Below the pieces are notes generated by a model. It made no database searches and was not told where the DNA came from. It saw only the letters and a list, made by a program, of their open reading frames with translations. A stretch of 63,363 nucleotides of DNA, the filler included, from Sphacelaria rigidula (taxonomy: Eukaryota), in assembly GCA_964200075.2 (NCBI GenBank). It is 11 parts of 11 records of this genome, joined end to end, with 100 filler letters (N's around TTAATTAATTAA, not from the genome) between each part and the next. Parts side by side here need not be neighbours in the genome. Positions count along the whole stretch, not along the records: positions 23,081 to 28,749 come from CAXNAA020025408.1; positions 28,850 to 34,518 come from CAXNAA020025409.1; positions 34,619 to 40,287 come from CAXNAA020025410.1; 8 more parts are not named here. One strand, 5' to 3'. This document shows, piece by piece, positions 24,672 through 38,050 of the stretch; the stretch's first letter is position 1, and each line of letters begins with the position of its first letter. The translations under genes were made by a program, and so were the position numbers.

Positions 24672-27119
24672 CTGCTTTTCATTTTGTTTTCATTGCCACG
24701 TTCTTCATCAGATCATCTTGTTCCAGACGGTCGTGCAACGACCGAAAGATTCAACTTTACAACCCTCCCTCCGCTCCCTTCCATTGTAGAGAATAAACAT
24801 GTTGTTGCGGGTAAGGTTCCAGCCCTTAATCTTCAGTTCAGGTAAAGTCTCTCAGGTGCGGGCTGCTGTAGAAGTCAAGTTCAAGTTCTGTGTATTGCCC
24901 CCCACCTGCCCCGCAGAAAACACACACACACACAAACACACAACATGCATGTATGCAACCAGTGAGACATGACTGCCATCGATCACGCGCCACGCATTTT
25001 GTTGACGGTTTCACCACAAGTCACAGCTAGAAGCTAGAGCATAACCACACCGTGGACGGTGCGTATCGTATCGGTACGTGGCATACCATCTCCCTAGAGA
25101 GCACTCCCGGATGGTGATTTCTCGATTATTCTCTGCACGATGTTTGTATCTCCTGTCCTGTACAAGGGTACATTGAACAACATCCGCTGTATTCTGAATG
25201 CCACGCCCCGTATGATACGTTCCCGTGTCCCTAAAACGAATCACTCACGGCTCCTATACATTGTCGTTTCTCCTTGTTATCGCGCCATATATCCCCTGTA
25301 AACTATAAACTAAACGAAAGTGAGTCCCGTCCGGCTATCACGGCGCGTACCCGTGACGTCACTCTGGGACACGGAAATAAGAGAAGAAATGGTGCATCAA
25401 CACACTAGTTCAGCCACAGAAGTAAGACCCGCGGTCATGATTCGCATGTATAGTGCTATCTGAAAATTGTTGGTCCAAGCTTCCCTACGTACACAAATCA
25501 TCGCCAGAAAATGTTAGTGCCTTGGAAAAACACAAACTCGAACATGTACTACATGATCATCATGTCTACACAGGTATTTCTACTGCACGTCCCGACTATA
25601 TATGAATATGATTCGAGGTTCGAACGAATCATCGTCGGTTGGAATCACCAAATCTACGGTTCATCAGGCCTGATTGTTCGAAAGAGAGAAAAAAGTTGAC
25701 CGCGGTTCGAAACGTATCTGCGCAAACTTCGCGCTAATCCACGTGCCTCGGGTGAGCATACCTGGGGTGCCATGCTGTAAAACTCGACCAAAGATTGATT
25801 CGTACGGTACGAATCAACTACACTAAAAGCAAGTAACTTTCAGACGGATCATCATTTGTCCGACCCTTGATATGATGAAAAAAAAAACGGATTTATTACG
25901 CAGCCAATGTAGAAATCACCCCCCTCATCAAGCGCGCTGAATAGAAACAGGTTGTAGGTTGAAGGCTATGTACTCGGAAGTGGGATTCTCGGTCGGAATA
26001 ACAAAACCATACCGCAATGTGCACCGGACATTCCGGCAGAGTCCGGGAGGGTATCGAGCCCTATTCCGAACACTCCTGTGTGGTTTGGAAGGTTATATAC
26101 TCGTACCGATAAAATTATCCTTTTGTACAGGCTGGGCTGCCGAAGACGCGTACAGGGATGTGAACACGCGATTATGCAGCTCGATTTTGGGTCGTTTTTC
26201 ATGAAATCTTGACACAATATACAGGACTTGTACAGGACGTATGTGCGAAGACCCCATTATCTACCCCCCTACAATTATTTTATTTTTTCCCTGGGAGCTT
26301 TTCACGATTTAGTTCTGAAAAGTTATTCTGAGATCTTTAGTCGCCAATACTTCACGGAGAAAGAAAAATTGTAGGGGACAGATGATCGAGTCTTTGTACA
26401 TACGCCCTGTACATCGTGTCGAAATTTCATAGAAAACGCCTCCAAATTGAGCTGCATAATCGCGTGTTTGTGTCGGAGACCGGTTCCTACGTGGAGATGG
26501 ACCAGCCACGAAAAATTGAAGCGCGGTTGTTACGCTGTTCAATTCCAAGTCTTTTCGCACGAAATTTTGACACGATGTGCACGAGGTATGTTATAAAGAC
26601 CCTTTTGTCCCTCGTTGATTTTTTTTCTTCTCAATGAGTTGACGATTTTGTACCAAAAAAATGTTCCGATTTTTTTTTTTTAATCACCAATGATTCACGA
26701 GAGGAACAAAAGAATGAAGGAGAAACGATAGAGGGTCAGCACATACCTCATGTACATCGTGTCAAAAAGTTATAGAAAACGACTCAGAATTGACCAGCGC
26801 AACCACGCCTCTTTGTTGAGAACCGGTTGACTCGCTTTTAGAGGACAACAACCACAGCCGGAACTTTGATGGTCTCTACAAGCTCTTTTTTCACCCGCTG
26901 CTAACCGGTTTGCACACTAATAACAGCCGCCTTGGCGCGTTAGAGGCCTCGCCTACGTGCCAATCTCAGACACTGCGCGCATGCAGTACAACTTGTGCAG
27001 CACCATCACTTTGCGGCCGCGGAACGATCGACTGCAACCGAAAATGCGACGTCAGCCGTTTTTTCCCCTGCTTCCGCCGTATATGTCACCTTCAACTCTC
27101 TACGATTTGCTCCTGACTA

Positions 27120-27370
27120 CAGTTTGGTAATTCGTTCGATGGGAACTTGTCGGACCGCAGTGCTACGTGAAGCGAAAGACGCGCGTTGATTCGCACATTA
27201 CCACGACGTGTCACAGTAGGCACAACTCGCGATGCATCGCCAGGTAGAACCGGCTGAAGAAAAGTCCGCTTCTTGGGCGACCCAGCCTATACTTCTGTCA
27301 ACGCCCTACTTATGGCCAGAATACCCTACAGAACAGAAGGCAGACCTCCTTCGCCGAAGGTCACGGTGCA
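27120..27370 (+). pseudogene. Degenerate PIF/Harbinger-like transposase fragment
   Basis: One frame reads FDGNLSDRS...(two stops)...VRFLGDPAYTSVNALLMARIPY, resembling the DDE_Tnp_4 motifs GSxxD and LGDxxY...LMTPY. Confidence 0.35.
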
Positions 27371-28342
27371 CGACCACACACGCGGCACAATCAAAGTCTT
27401 GACGTTTCAACCGACTGAGCACAAAATGCAACGTACAACAAGACGGAAAAATGTAGGCCTCGACTCTCGTCGCATGACACAGCACTGAGGGTATGCTAAT
27501 GTTAGACTGATTCGTGGCAGGACACAGCAGGTCTACTATCCATCAACTCTCCGTTTTCGGAACAGTTTCGGGGCACGCACAAAAATGAGGCGCTCCTAGG
27601 TATGCACGCAGGCCCTTGCACTTGTGTAGTTGAGGCTCTGAGTGGGTATGTTGTGAAGTGATCTTCAGTATTTATATTACGTTCTCGTGTCAAACGATTT
27701 TTTCTTCTCACGACATGGGTGGCAGCTGATATAACTCAAGATCTGCAATTCGATCAAATGTGCCATTTATAACATAGCAGACATTTTTGTAGTGAGAACA
27801 AGAACCAGGTTACCGAATTGATATTTGGACAGAAAAACAAGCAAACTGAAAACACTCACTGAGGCATGTTGCCCTGTGCTACTGTCAAAATACGGCGGCC
27901 ACCGCGGCGCCCATTCCTCGTTCACCATGGATTACGGGCCAGGCAGATGATGGAGTAGCTGGCACTGTTGTACTTGACACGAGGTAGCAATAATCTTCTA
28001 CTGTGGCACGCTCAAAACTCATGTTTTTCACCTGCAGTACCAGAGTAGTTGCTGGCAGCTTCCGCCTCCCTCGGTGCTGCACGTTTATTTCTCCACGTCA
28101 CCCCCTCCATGCACAACCCCAACCAACCAACTGCAATTGGGCGCTCTCACCCCAGCAGTATATTATGGAGCATTACCAACCATATTTGTAAGTGAAAAAT
28201 AAGGGAGAAAAAAAAGGCCGCGAGAAACTCAAGAGAAAAGCCACAGATGAAGTTGACACAAAAAGAAAAGCGCGTGAAACAAGAAAAGGAAAAAAAGAAA
28301 AATGAAGCAAAGTCAAAAACATTCCGAGCCACTGCAACGCAC

Positions 28343-28474
28343 CCGTTCCACTCCCGCCACAAAATGATGTTGCACGACTGACACCGCTTGGCACTGCGAG
28401 GATTGCGGTAAGAGCAGCCCGGCATTTTGGACACGGCCCTCATTCGCTTCGGGCATTGGAAAGTGCCGTCGTCC
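28343..28474 (-). CDS. Exon A of a zinc-ribbon/Tudor-like gene (DDGTFQCPK...CSYRNPRSAKRCQSCNIILWREWNG)
   Basis: aag acceptor, GG|gtgcgt donor, 132 nt, phase 2-2. C-x3-N-x6-C-x2-C spacing as in RanBP2-type zinc ribbons. Confidence 0.6.
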
Positions 28475-28909
28475 CTTCGTATTGTTATGCGGAACCACAA
28501 AGCAGAAACAGACAGCAGCAGACGATTGTTAAAAAAAAGACAGCGAAGAAAACAAGAGCAATACTTCCTCTCGTGGGGAAACATGAAAATGAACGTCCCT
28601 AATTGAATCCACAAATCACAAAAACGAGTATTGAAAAGACAAGTGTAAGCACGTATATACTGTGTGTGTGTGTGTGTGGGGGGGGGGGAATGAAAGGATC
28701 AACGTTTTGTCCTCTATGAAAGAATCACGAAAAACACGAATGCTGTAAANNNNNNNNNNNNNNNNNNNNNNNNNNNNNNNNNNNNNNNNNNNNTTAATTA
28801 ATTAANNNNNNNNNNNNNNNNNNNNNNNNNNNNNNNNNNNNNNNNNNNNAGACAAAATACGAGTTTCTATGATGATACCGACTTGAGAAACCACAGCGCC
28901 TCAACTTAC

Positions 28910-29166
28910 TATACACACAACGGTCTAACATGCGAACGACGCGAGGTACCAGACATGCCAATGCAATGTTTCCCCTTGCTGGCGTAGTGGCCCTGCATCC
29001 GCAGCCCCTGCCGTCGGCGCGTGATCGTCTTCGTCGGGACTGCCTTTCCGCTAGATTCAAGTATCGTTCGTGGTTCTTCCTTTCGGCATGGCTGAAGGGG
29101 AAGCTAGAAGCACAACAGCCGGAGGTAGGAAACACCGGCGACAAGTTGAAGAGGTCACCAAACGTC
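28910..29166 (-). CDS. Possible exon of an unknown gene (TFGDLFNLSPVFPTSG...)
   Basis: ttcctccag acceptor, A|gtaagt donor and an open frame; no recognisable domain. Confidence 0.3.
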
Positions 29167-30379
29167 CTGGAGGAACGGCAAAATGCGAACACTGCACCGC
29201 TCTAATGAACACGGTCGAACAATATACAGAGAGCAGTTTCTGGGTACGGTGTTCACGGTGTTTGCAGCGTGGACGATCAATAAATTCGACAGACACTGGC
29301 TCAGCTGATGTCGGAAATACTGTGTCGGCAGTGTAACTTCAGCCGCAGGTGTCCCCTACCGCCACCTTCTTCTTCGGTGACTGGGTCCTCGAGAACAAAA
29401 GCTATCCAATGAGCTCTCGCGTGTATCATATCTGATTCTATTCTACACAAAGTTGTGACACCTTTAACAGATCGTTTATTGTGGTAATTGCACTAGGAGT
29501 TGACTGAAAGCAAATTCTCACAAAAGGGTTGATCCTGGGCAAGGGGCGACCCTACTGTCTTCCACCTGGTTGGATGTCACCCTTATTACTTTACAGTGAT
29601 CGGATGGGAGTTATGGTGCAAAACGATTTGCAATCGACGAGGGCAGTGCAAGGTTTTGGGGAACAATGGATCTCAATGTAGAAACAAAAAAATGCACATT
29701 TTCAGACGTATCTCATGGAAGGCGTCGCCGATTTTAGATCTGATGGCGCTGAGTTCCCGTCAGATCACGGCCTTTCAGGGGGGTGACAGCCGTTCCAGAC
29801 AATTAGACCGCCTTGGTGTGAACAACACAAATCTCCCGTTTTGATAACAAAAGCCGTTCCAAATCTCGCGAACATGTTGGTCGAGTCAGATAACGTACCC
29901 TCGCGGTCAAAGGGTTGAGCTATTCCGTTCAAGCTATGGTTCGTGGCTGGACTTCTCGTATATCGAAAGGTTTACCCTTCACAGGCTGCTTTGGGGTATC
30001 TGAGATTTTGTTGCCCTTGGTGACGCGGGAAACGACTGGTAGTTTACGCACTTTAGGTCAACGCGCCGGATTTCATTCGCTGGCAGTTGGGTGTTTGAAC
30101 ATAGGTACACACCACTACACTGTTTGCACCTGCGTGTGTACTGTGGTACTGTATCGTTCTTCCTTCATCTTACTATACAACCCCTGTCCTGTCCCCAAGA
30201 GCACAACATCTAAGAGTTGCTTGGCGCCCTCAGGTATAGAAGTGTGTATACATTGTGCTGGTGCATGTGTCGTGTCAACAATACGAAGGAATCTGGACCT
30301 TTGACCACCACCATATATAGGTCATCTCTTGAGTCGTGAATACTCCATGATGTCCTATCTTGGCGGTCAACGGGTTATC

Positions 30380-31150
30380 GCGAGGGTGGGCCATCGATAT
30401 TATATTGGCAGTACTTGCATATGAAAAATCGATATGAATAGCGCCGATCCAACAGACCGCGTAGGCTCACGGTCGAGCGGTTGACCGTTTGACTGCGAGG
30501 ATAGTCTATCTGGATTATGCATACTTCCATCAGCTGGGATTGATGCCGACTCAACAGATGACCGACTGTCGCCGTCAAAGTGTTACCGCCTGTCCGCGAC
30601 GGTTGTTCATCCTGGGTCATACACAATCATACACAGCGGCACAGCAGGTCGGCGACTGAGGTTGTGTGCAGAGGAAATCGCTGCAAATGTCCACGACGAT
30701 CCGAATATGAAAAGGACGAGAACCCTTTGATGGCGAGGGTGGGCCATCGATATTGAATTGGGATCACTTACACCTGAAAATGAAGATGAATGGCGCCGAT
30801 CCAACAGATCGCGTACGCTCGTGATTGAAGGGCTAACTGTTTGACTGCGAGGGTGGTCCATCTGGATCCTGCATACTTCGTTCAGATGAGATTGATGCCG
30901 ACTCACCAAATGAAGTACACTCGCCTCCAAAGGGTTTACCGTTTGACCGCCACGGTTGTTCAGCCATTTACAGCCATACACAGCGGCGCAGCAGATAGGC
31001 GATTAAAGTGATGCGCAAAAGAAATCATTGTCAATGTGCCCACCGTCGCGCACTTCCGTTAACCACGGTGATCCGACCATGAAAAAGCCGAGGACCCTTT
31101 GATGGTGAAGGTAGGCCATCGATTTTGAATCGGAATCACTTACACCTGAA
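30380..31150. repeat. Diverged direct tandem repeat, ~353-372-bp period (2 units plus a partial)
   Basis: gagggtgggccatcgatatt at ~30382 and ~30735, with a variant at ~31107. The block gcgccgatccaacaga is repeated. Confidence 0.75.
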
Positions 31151-31411
31151 AGAGGGAAGAGTGCCGTGGAAACACGTTGCCTTAATTTCGAGTAGCTCAC
31201 TTGCATGAAGGAGAGGCATACGGCTACGGAAATCAATGGTCGCAGAGTAAATACCGCGAAGAAATGGTGAAATGCCGGAAAAGTGCGGAGAAAGGGCAAG
31301 TTCCCAGAGAAAAAACGGAAAGTGCGGTTTATCACAGAGAAACGGAAACTGAAATTCTGCCACCTGGTGCGTCGGGGTACGGAGAAATGTTGGGCTGGCG
31401 TGCGTCATGAC

Positions 31412-31941
31412 TGTCACACCTGCGTGCAGGAATTCCGTTTAAAAACAAATGTTAATGCTTATTAACCCTTTTGGGATCGGACCCCCACTAACACAGGGTT
31501 GACCCTGTGTTAGTGAAATAATTATAAATAAATCTTCAAGTGACCTCCCCAATCACGGCGAGGCAAAATTCATCGATCAGACCCGAACGACCAGCGCGGG
31601 GATTCTTTTCGAGTGTGATGCCACCGCAAAGATCGTGTGGGGGCCCTAGCCCTGGCCCAGATAAGCCTCCCCAAATTTCCAAGTGCAGGGTGGTGTAGAG
31701 TAGTCTACCTACAGTATCCATCATGTAGATATGCGGCGGATCCTGGATTGATTGTTTGGAGGATGACTATTGGATGCGCAACATATCGTGTTCGTGAGGA
31801 AAGCTCGTGAAGCTTACTTCTGGTTAACGAAGACTGCCGTTTGTATAACTGCTTGAAGTCTTGAAGTCTCTGGAGCCCGTGACTGGGAGGAAGCCTCTGG
31901 AGCAGCACTGTAACCTTGTCCTGATTGCAGGCAGGTTCACA
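31412..31941 (+). mobile_element. Putative 5' LTR of the Ty3/Gypsy element
   Basis: TGTCACACCTGCGTGCA...TGCAGGCAGGTTCACA imperfect terminal inverted repeat with TG...CA ends, ~180 bp upstream of gag-pol. Confidence 0.6.
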
Positions 31942-32118
31942 ATAAACGTTTATTCAGGAAACTTGTCGTTTCTGGATTGGGTTTTGGACGTCGCACCCGA
32001 CTGTTTGTGAAAAGTGAGGACGCTCATGTTGGATAGCAGGGGGGGGAGGAGCGGCGTAGAGAGAGGCACAGGCCACACGAATCCAAGGCGACTGCGATGA
32101 CAGGAGGCTGCTGGAAGG

Positions 32119-34518
32119 ATGGCAGCGCGAAGGAAAGGGGGAACCAGCGAGATGGTTGATGAGGTGAAGTTTGCAGCAACCGAATTGACCTTGGGTGGAT
32201 CCTTGAAATTGCCCGAATATGGGCGCGTATTCAATGAGCAAGCTTTCAGTCGCTTTTACCAAAAGTATCGCGACTATGAGGAGGCAGTGGAGAAAAGTAA
32301 CCAAGGCCGGTCGGTAAAGTGCGCACTCTTAACCATGCAAGAGTTGGTGCCAAAGCACATCCAGAACTGCGTGTCTGACACCATCTTTGACGGGTCACCA
32401 CCCGACGAAGACGAATTGCAGCAAGGGATTACACGCCATGCCAAATGCTGGATCGATATGGAACTTGATCCTTCCGAAGCTGCAGCAGGCGTGAAAAAGG
32501 CCCTCGCCGCACGGTCTGAACCGACTGCAATGGGTCGAGTAGAAGGGCAATGGAGTTCATTACAGGAGTACTTTGCGGGAAACGCAGGTGCCGAGTGCGT
32601 TTCCCTTGAATCTGGCCGTACGTTCAAGGCTGGTCCAGCACACATTATTACTAGAGCTATGGTCACCGGCCTGACCCCAGCTGAGTTCAAGAATAAAGTT
32701 CAAAATATACTTCATATGAAAAGAGACTGGAAAGAGAGCCCGAACATAGTTTATGAGGTAGCTCGTGACTTGGCGGAAAAATGGAAAACGGTTGAGGAGG
32801 TTGACAAACACCGCCGACAGCAACCGCAACTTAGGCAAAAAAGCGGCTCACAAGGCTCCAAAAACTTGACATCGCGTGCCGGCGCCGCGGCTGCGGCCGG
32901 CGCAGCAGGTAGTGGCGGCGCAGGTAGTGGCGGTAAGAGCTCAAAAAAGCCCCACAAACCTGATCCGAGCTATGCAGGTTGTTTCGAGTGTGGCGATAAG
33001 GGCCACTACAAGAAGGACTATCCCAAACAGAGCACACCTGTGGCCGCGGTGAGTGCGTCCGGTGGGCAAGCAAAGTCGCCGCCGCCGCCACCGCCGCCGC
33101 AGCAGCAGCAACAACAGGTCCATGTTCAGCGGGGGGGCGGTAAAGGTCCTCCTCCCACACGGGCTGTTCTCCCAGGATGTGGAACGCAAGGGGGTGCGAA
33201 TAGTGCGGATAGCATGGTGCCGCCCCAGCCTTTCGCTCCAGCTCCTGCAGCTCAAACCCAACTGGCGGCGGGACCGGCTCAGGCGTGGACGTTTCAGACA
33301 ATGCCGGTATGGCGGGGTCTACACACCGCTGAGGTTGAAGATTTACAGGCTGAGGGTGTAATAGTTGACCGCAAGCAGCGATGCTGCAGGGCCGACTTGG
33401 CCGCTCCAGGGTCCGCAGTCAAGAGCGTCTGCCCTGTTACTGCAGTTTTGGACTCGGGGGCTGGTATCACTATCATGTCTGAAAAAGTGGCGGCCGAGTT
33501 GCAAGCAGTGTTCCCTGATGTGTCCGTTGTCACTAGTATGGCTCGTGCACACCCGGTGAAACTAGCTGATGGTAATGTACGAAGTATGCAGTCGAAGACG
33601 TGCCTAGTGCGCACCGCTCTGCACACCAGCTGGGGGCCGGTGGTGTTGGATCCTTGTCACTATGCGGTCATGCCAGGTGCCGATGATGTGGTAATCCTCG
33701 GGAGCGGTACGCTCGAAGCCATGGGCATTGACGTGTACAGTGGGTTGGACGCATGCGCACGCTCAAGACACGCGATGGTGAGAGGTGTAGATACGCCTGA
33801 ATTCCGAGAATGTAGGCGTGTGAGCATTGCGATTGAGGCGTTACAGGATCCAGGTGGACAAGAGGAGCCTGTGGATCCCTCCGTTGAGCGATTGATATCG
33901 CGTGGTCCCGAGATGGACATGACTCCAGAGGAGGAGCTGGCAGAGCGTCGTGTTGCACTGGATCATGCAGTACAGGCTGCTGCGGACAAGGGTATGTCGG
34001 CGAGCGGCGTTGATAAGCTTCGGGAGGTTGTTGGGCGCCGTGTCAACGCTTTTCGGCGAGCACTGCGCGGTGATCCGCCTGCTCGAGTAGAACCCTTGAA
34101 GGTGAGATTCAAACCTGGGGCTAGGGCAGTCAAGGCGAGCCCGCGGGTGTATTCCCCTGTAAAGGCAACGTGGTTAGCGGGGTGTATGGCAACGCTGGTG
34201 GCGCTTGGGCTAGTTTTTCGCAGCTTACAGGCGGTGTGGGCGAGTGCGGCCATGGCGACGCCGAAGAAGGGCGGTTATCGACTGGTGAGTGATTATCGCG
34301 CGGTAAACAAGCAGATTGAGAAGGTTCCGAATGTGATGCCTAACCACGAGGCGGAGATGATCGACCTGCTGGGCGCTGCGTGTTTTGGCAAGATTGATAT
34401 GCTGCAGGGGTACTGGCAGATGCCGTTGGCGGCTGATGCACAAGAAATATTCACGATCGCGACTCCCGAAGGTCTGTTTACCCCCACACGGGTGCCGCAA
34501 GGGGTGTTGAATGCGACG
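32119..34518 (+). mobile_element. Ty3/Gypsy gag-pol polyprotein (Gag, zinc knuckle, protease, N-terminal RT); truncated by the gap
   Basis: 800-codon open frame containing CFECGDKGHYKKDY (knuckle, last Cys replaced by Tyr), VLDSGA (aspartic protease), and YRLVSDYRAVN, KIDMLQGYWQ, RVPQGVLNA (Gypsy RT). Confidence 0.95.
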
Positions 34519-36350
34519 NNNNNNNNNNNNNNNNNNNNNNNNNNNNNNNNNNNNNNNNNNNNTTAATTAATTAANNNNNNNNNNNNNNNNNNNNNNNNNN
34601 NNNNNNNNNNNNNNNNNNAGGTGCCTTAAGCGTATCTTAATTGGTACATTTCCCTCTACAGTGACCGTGGGGATGCTGCAACAGAGGCGAGTACGTGACC
34701 GCACAGCGCACACACCTAGACGTGGACACGAACATCGCAGACAATATATTATAGTATAAAAATAGAGAGAGCTGGTACGCACAGCTGTTGATTGAACGGA
34801 TCTGAAATGCGAAGCAAGCCAGCGTTTCGTAACGTTGTGTGCGCTTTGCTTCATTATGTCGGGATCAAGCATGGATTGAGCGTTCAGGGGTGGCTGGTCA
34901 GTGTGATACCGAAGCATGAGAAAGAGTCGAGCTTTCTGTCAAAGTTTCCTGGCTGATGGAGGCACACTCAATAACGTTACCAAGTTGTCGTGCTACTAAC
35001 AGTTTCTGGCGCTTGGGTGGTATACGCGGACACTATATATGCTGCACTACTGTCCCAGCGCTTCGATTTTTTGGTCACATCGCAAAGTTCAGTGATATTT
35101 CCGTTTCCTCATAAAGATTCTAGAGGCACAAGAATATTTAACTAATTAATCCTGATAGACTGAGGTAGACACTCTACTTTTTGGGGTCATATTCACTCCC
35201 CCGTCACAACTCAAAACGCCTACTCTACGGCGGAAGGGACCGGGAGTGGATAAGAGGCACATGGTTGTGAGAGTCATGCAGAACCAGAGGGTGGTGTGTT
35301 TGTCGACCATGTCATTATCAAGCTTCATATCTTCGCTGTGTAGTCTGTAGTGTATCGTGCCGCGGCTGCACATGCGGTCTACAGCGTACTCGATATTCCA
35401 GTGTTGAACGTGCCGGGTGTTCGAACCGTACGTTTGGGTATCGCACCATGACTACCGCCGCGAACGTGCCTGACTACCGTGGAGCTATTGCTCGGTGTTG
35501 GCGGTCGCCGCACCGTCGAAGTACTTGTCTACATCCACGTGCGTGGGATACTCGTGACCGCCGCTCGCGTGTTGCGCCATGACATTTTATACCAGATAGA
35601 GGTGTGGAGCTAGTAGGGCGCTCATGCAGTACTACACAGACAGACACAGTGTACCGAAGATGCTCAAACACCTGCTTTTTAGTTATCTAATCTATGGTTG
35701 ATTTGGCATGATCAAAATGAGATTTTAGGGTAGATGGCGAATGTGTTTACCAGGTGTCTACCTCTACCGTAACAAAAGTGCTAATTTCCGTGACTAGTCA
35801 GAATGGTCATCCTGCGGCACTCGGGCCTCGTGCACGGCTCATAATTTTCCGCGAGAAACTTACAAACACACACGGTTGACTCCGTGAGCTTCTCCCATGC
35901 TCCGCGAAGAGTCACCCCCCCCGAGCTCTGGAAACCCCCGGATGTCCCGGAATTGTCAGCTTGTACAACTGTTCCGAGGCGACGCTCGTCGTCTAAGGGT
36001 TAACTCGCTCTAACTTCTTTCGAATATTTTTTTCTCTGCACCCCCAATGGGTTTGCGCGGGTTGATAAAAAATGTCGTAAATTCAGCTTTGGTCCTCTCA
36101 TGAAAGTTGAATCTTTGTTATTAATATGAATATGAAATGTGACGCAACGCAGAACCAAGCCAGACCGTAACATGCACATTTGTATATGTTGCATCTCTGC
36201 TACCCGAATCCCTGCTACACGCCTCTTCTCATTTTCTCTGAAATCGTGCCATACGCAATGCCCGAAGCCTGTCCCTCCCGGTCCGACTACGGTAGTAATG
36301 CATTACTTACCCCTATCGTGAATGCACAATGTGATCCAAACATACCTTAA

Positions 36351-36449
36351 CCCTTAGACCGCGAGATAAGTCTTTCTGGATCGTGCATAGTTTTTTTCAC
36401 TTGAAATTGATTCCGATTCAACAGAAGACTAACCTCGCGGTCCAAGGGG
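36351..36449. mobile_element. piggyBac-type MITE (~99 bp); related copy at 53493-53594
   Basis: TTAA|CCCTTAGACCGCGAG...CTCGCGGTCCAAGGGG|TTAA: TTAA target duplication and CCC/GGG termini. Confidence 0.8.
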
Positions 36450-37392
36450 TTAATCGAACTCAAGCATAAACAAACTCATACGCCTGAACGTACCCAGCAT
36501 GGGTGGGTGGGAAAAAGACAGAAATACTTCAAACTAAGCTGCCGCTTCCGCCGTTGCCCCAAGCTTAAATCTCAATTTCCGTGACTGACCTATTTCCTTG
36601 CATCCACCGTTCCACAATCGCCCTCACATCTGCCTAGATTGTTCGCATTCGTACCCGTTCCATGAACCGCACATCCGGCTACGCTCCGATCTTCGACGTT
36701 AAAATTTCAGCGCCTACGAGAATTATCAATCGCATCTCCACTTTTCGTTCAAAATTCACCATCAGCTGGCCCAGCTCGTAGTATATGGTTCCATCATTCG
36801 AAGCGAAATAAAGACGCTGTTTGTTCACGATATTCCCGAAACTTTCTTCATGTTTCGCGCTCGCAGATTGTTTAATTGCTTTTCGGGAAGCATCTGACGA
36901 AAGTTATCGACAAGCAAGCTCGCCTGCCATGTCAGGGTATTTCTGTAACAAGTGAACGGATTTCAGGCGCTTTTTTCAGGGACTCACACACGGGTCCCGG
37001 CCGTGATACGTTTCACGGCGTGCGATCCGTGGAGTGAGGTACGACCTCTCTACCGTAGCTTGAATGATGTACAGGTTTGGGTTCACTATCGAGCGATATC
37101 GCACTCTTGCGGCGCTTCCCCTAGTGACACACTACACTATGCCGCCTTAGGTGCGGGGTTCCACGATCGTCCGATGTAGCCGGTCTGACGAAACAACGCA
37201 TGCCAGTGGAACCCGCATGTGCCCTACACGCGTGTGTACTCGTCATGACTGGTCGTCCAAGAAGACAGCACGCATGTGTGAGCTTCATCACGACTGTTCC
37301 TGATGTCGACAAAACAACACAACGCTTTGGGAGGATTATTCATCGCTGAATCCCAAACTCAGACCACACCATGCAGATTACCCTGAGCTCAC

Positions 37393-37571
37393 CTCGGCCT
37401 GGTGGCGTTCATTGGCAAGGAGGTCATCTTGGCCGATGCATCATGAACGCGAATCGATCGGCTTACAAAAACAGTGGAGGTAGTCGGGCGACCAGGTGAA
37501 ACGAGGAAGGACCCCGCGTTCCCAATAGCGCATGCCAACAAAGCGAGCACAGAACTGTGCGTGGGAGTCAT
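37393..37571 (-). CDS. First exon encoding a bipartite (signal plus transit) plastid-targeting presequence
   Basis: accATG context. MTPTHSSVLALLACAIGNAGS-FLVSPGRPTTSTVFVSRSIR... has a hydrophobic core, an AGS|F ASAFAP-like cleavage site and an S/T/R-rich transit region. AG|gtgagc donor. Confidence 0.65.
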
Positions 37572-37734
37572 GGTAGAATCAAAACCAAGCGTTTGTGCCT
37601 TTCGATAGATGCGCAATGCCCTTACTGACAGAGACGTCGTCTGCTCGTACGTAAGCGAACGAGAGTTGGACTCGTTTGATCGTTTTTTTACTACGTCGTA
37701 TCATATCCAACTCCTTTCTCAGACCCTCTTAATC
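37572..37734. promoter_or_regulatory. Candidate bidirectional promoter / 5'UTRs
   Basis: 163 bp between the divergent ATGs at 37571 (-) and 37735 (+). Confidence 0.45.
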
Positions 37735-37917
37735 ATGGAAAATGACTTAGGCGTATGCGGAGATAGCCGTCGTGAGCCGCTCTGCGAATCTACCAACCCA
37801 CGATCTTCGAAGTCCTCGGACCTGGCGCAACACAACTCAAGATTGACAAGCAAAGAGCAACGTTTGGATCGTGAAGTAGACTCCGTGGAAGGCGAAGCTA
37901 GATCGAACATGGAGGAG
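37735..37917 (+). CDS. Exon 1 of an unknown acidic protein (MENDLGVCGDS...EARSNMEE)
   Basis: atcATGg context, 61 codons, GAG|gtacgt donor in phase 0. Confidence 0.55.
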
Positions 37918-38050
37918 GTACGTTGCTTGAGATAAAAGCGGATATGACTACGGATACGCATACCACTCAGATTTCAAGAGGTGTGTACGGACATGTGCGT
38001 ATCACGAACCGCTCCGCATGTCCTCATCGTTGCTGCCCTAATGTGTACAG

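Noticed and set aside
28343..28474. Fanzor/TnpB C-terminus (CxxC...RDxN) in CQSCNIILWREWNG
   Set aside because: No RuvC-I/II motifs nearby. The C-x3-N-x6-C-x2-C spacing and clean splice sites fit a host zinc-ribbon exon better.
28910..37571. Joining the plastid-presequence exon (37393-37571) to exon 28910-29166 and the zinc/Tudor exons, with the Gypsy element in an intron
   Set aside because: The phases partly fit, but the exons lie on different size-sorted contigs, so their adjacency is artificial.
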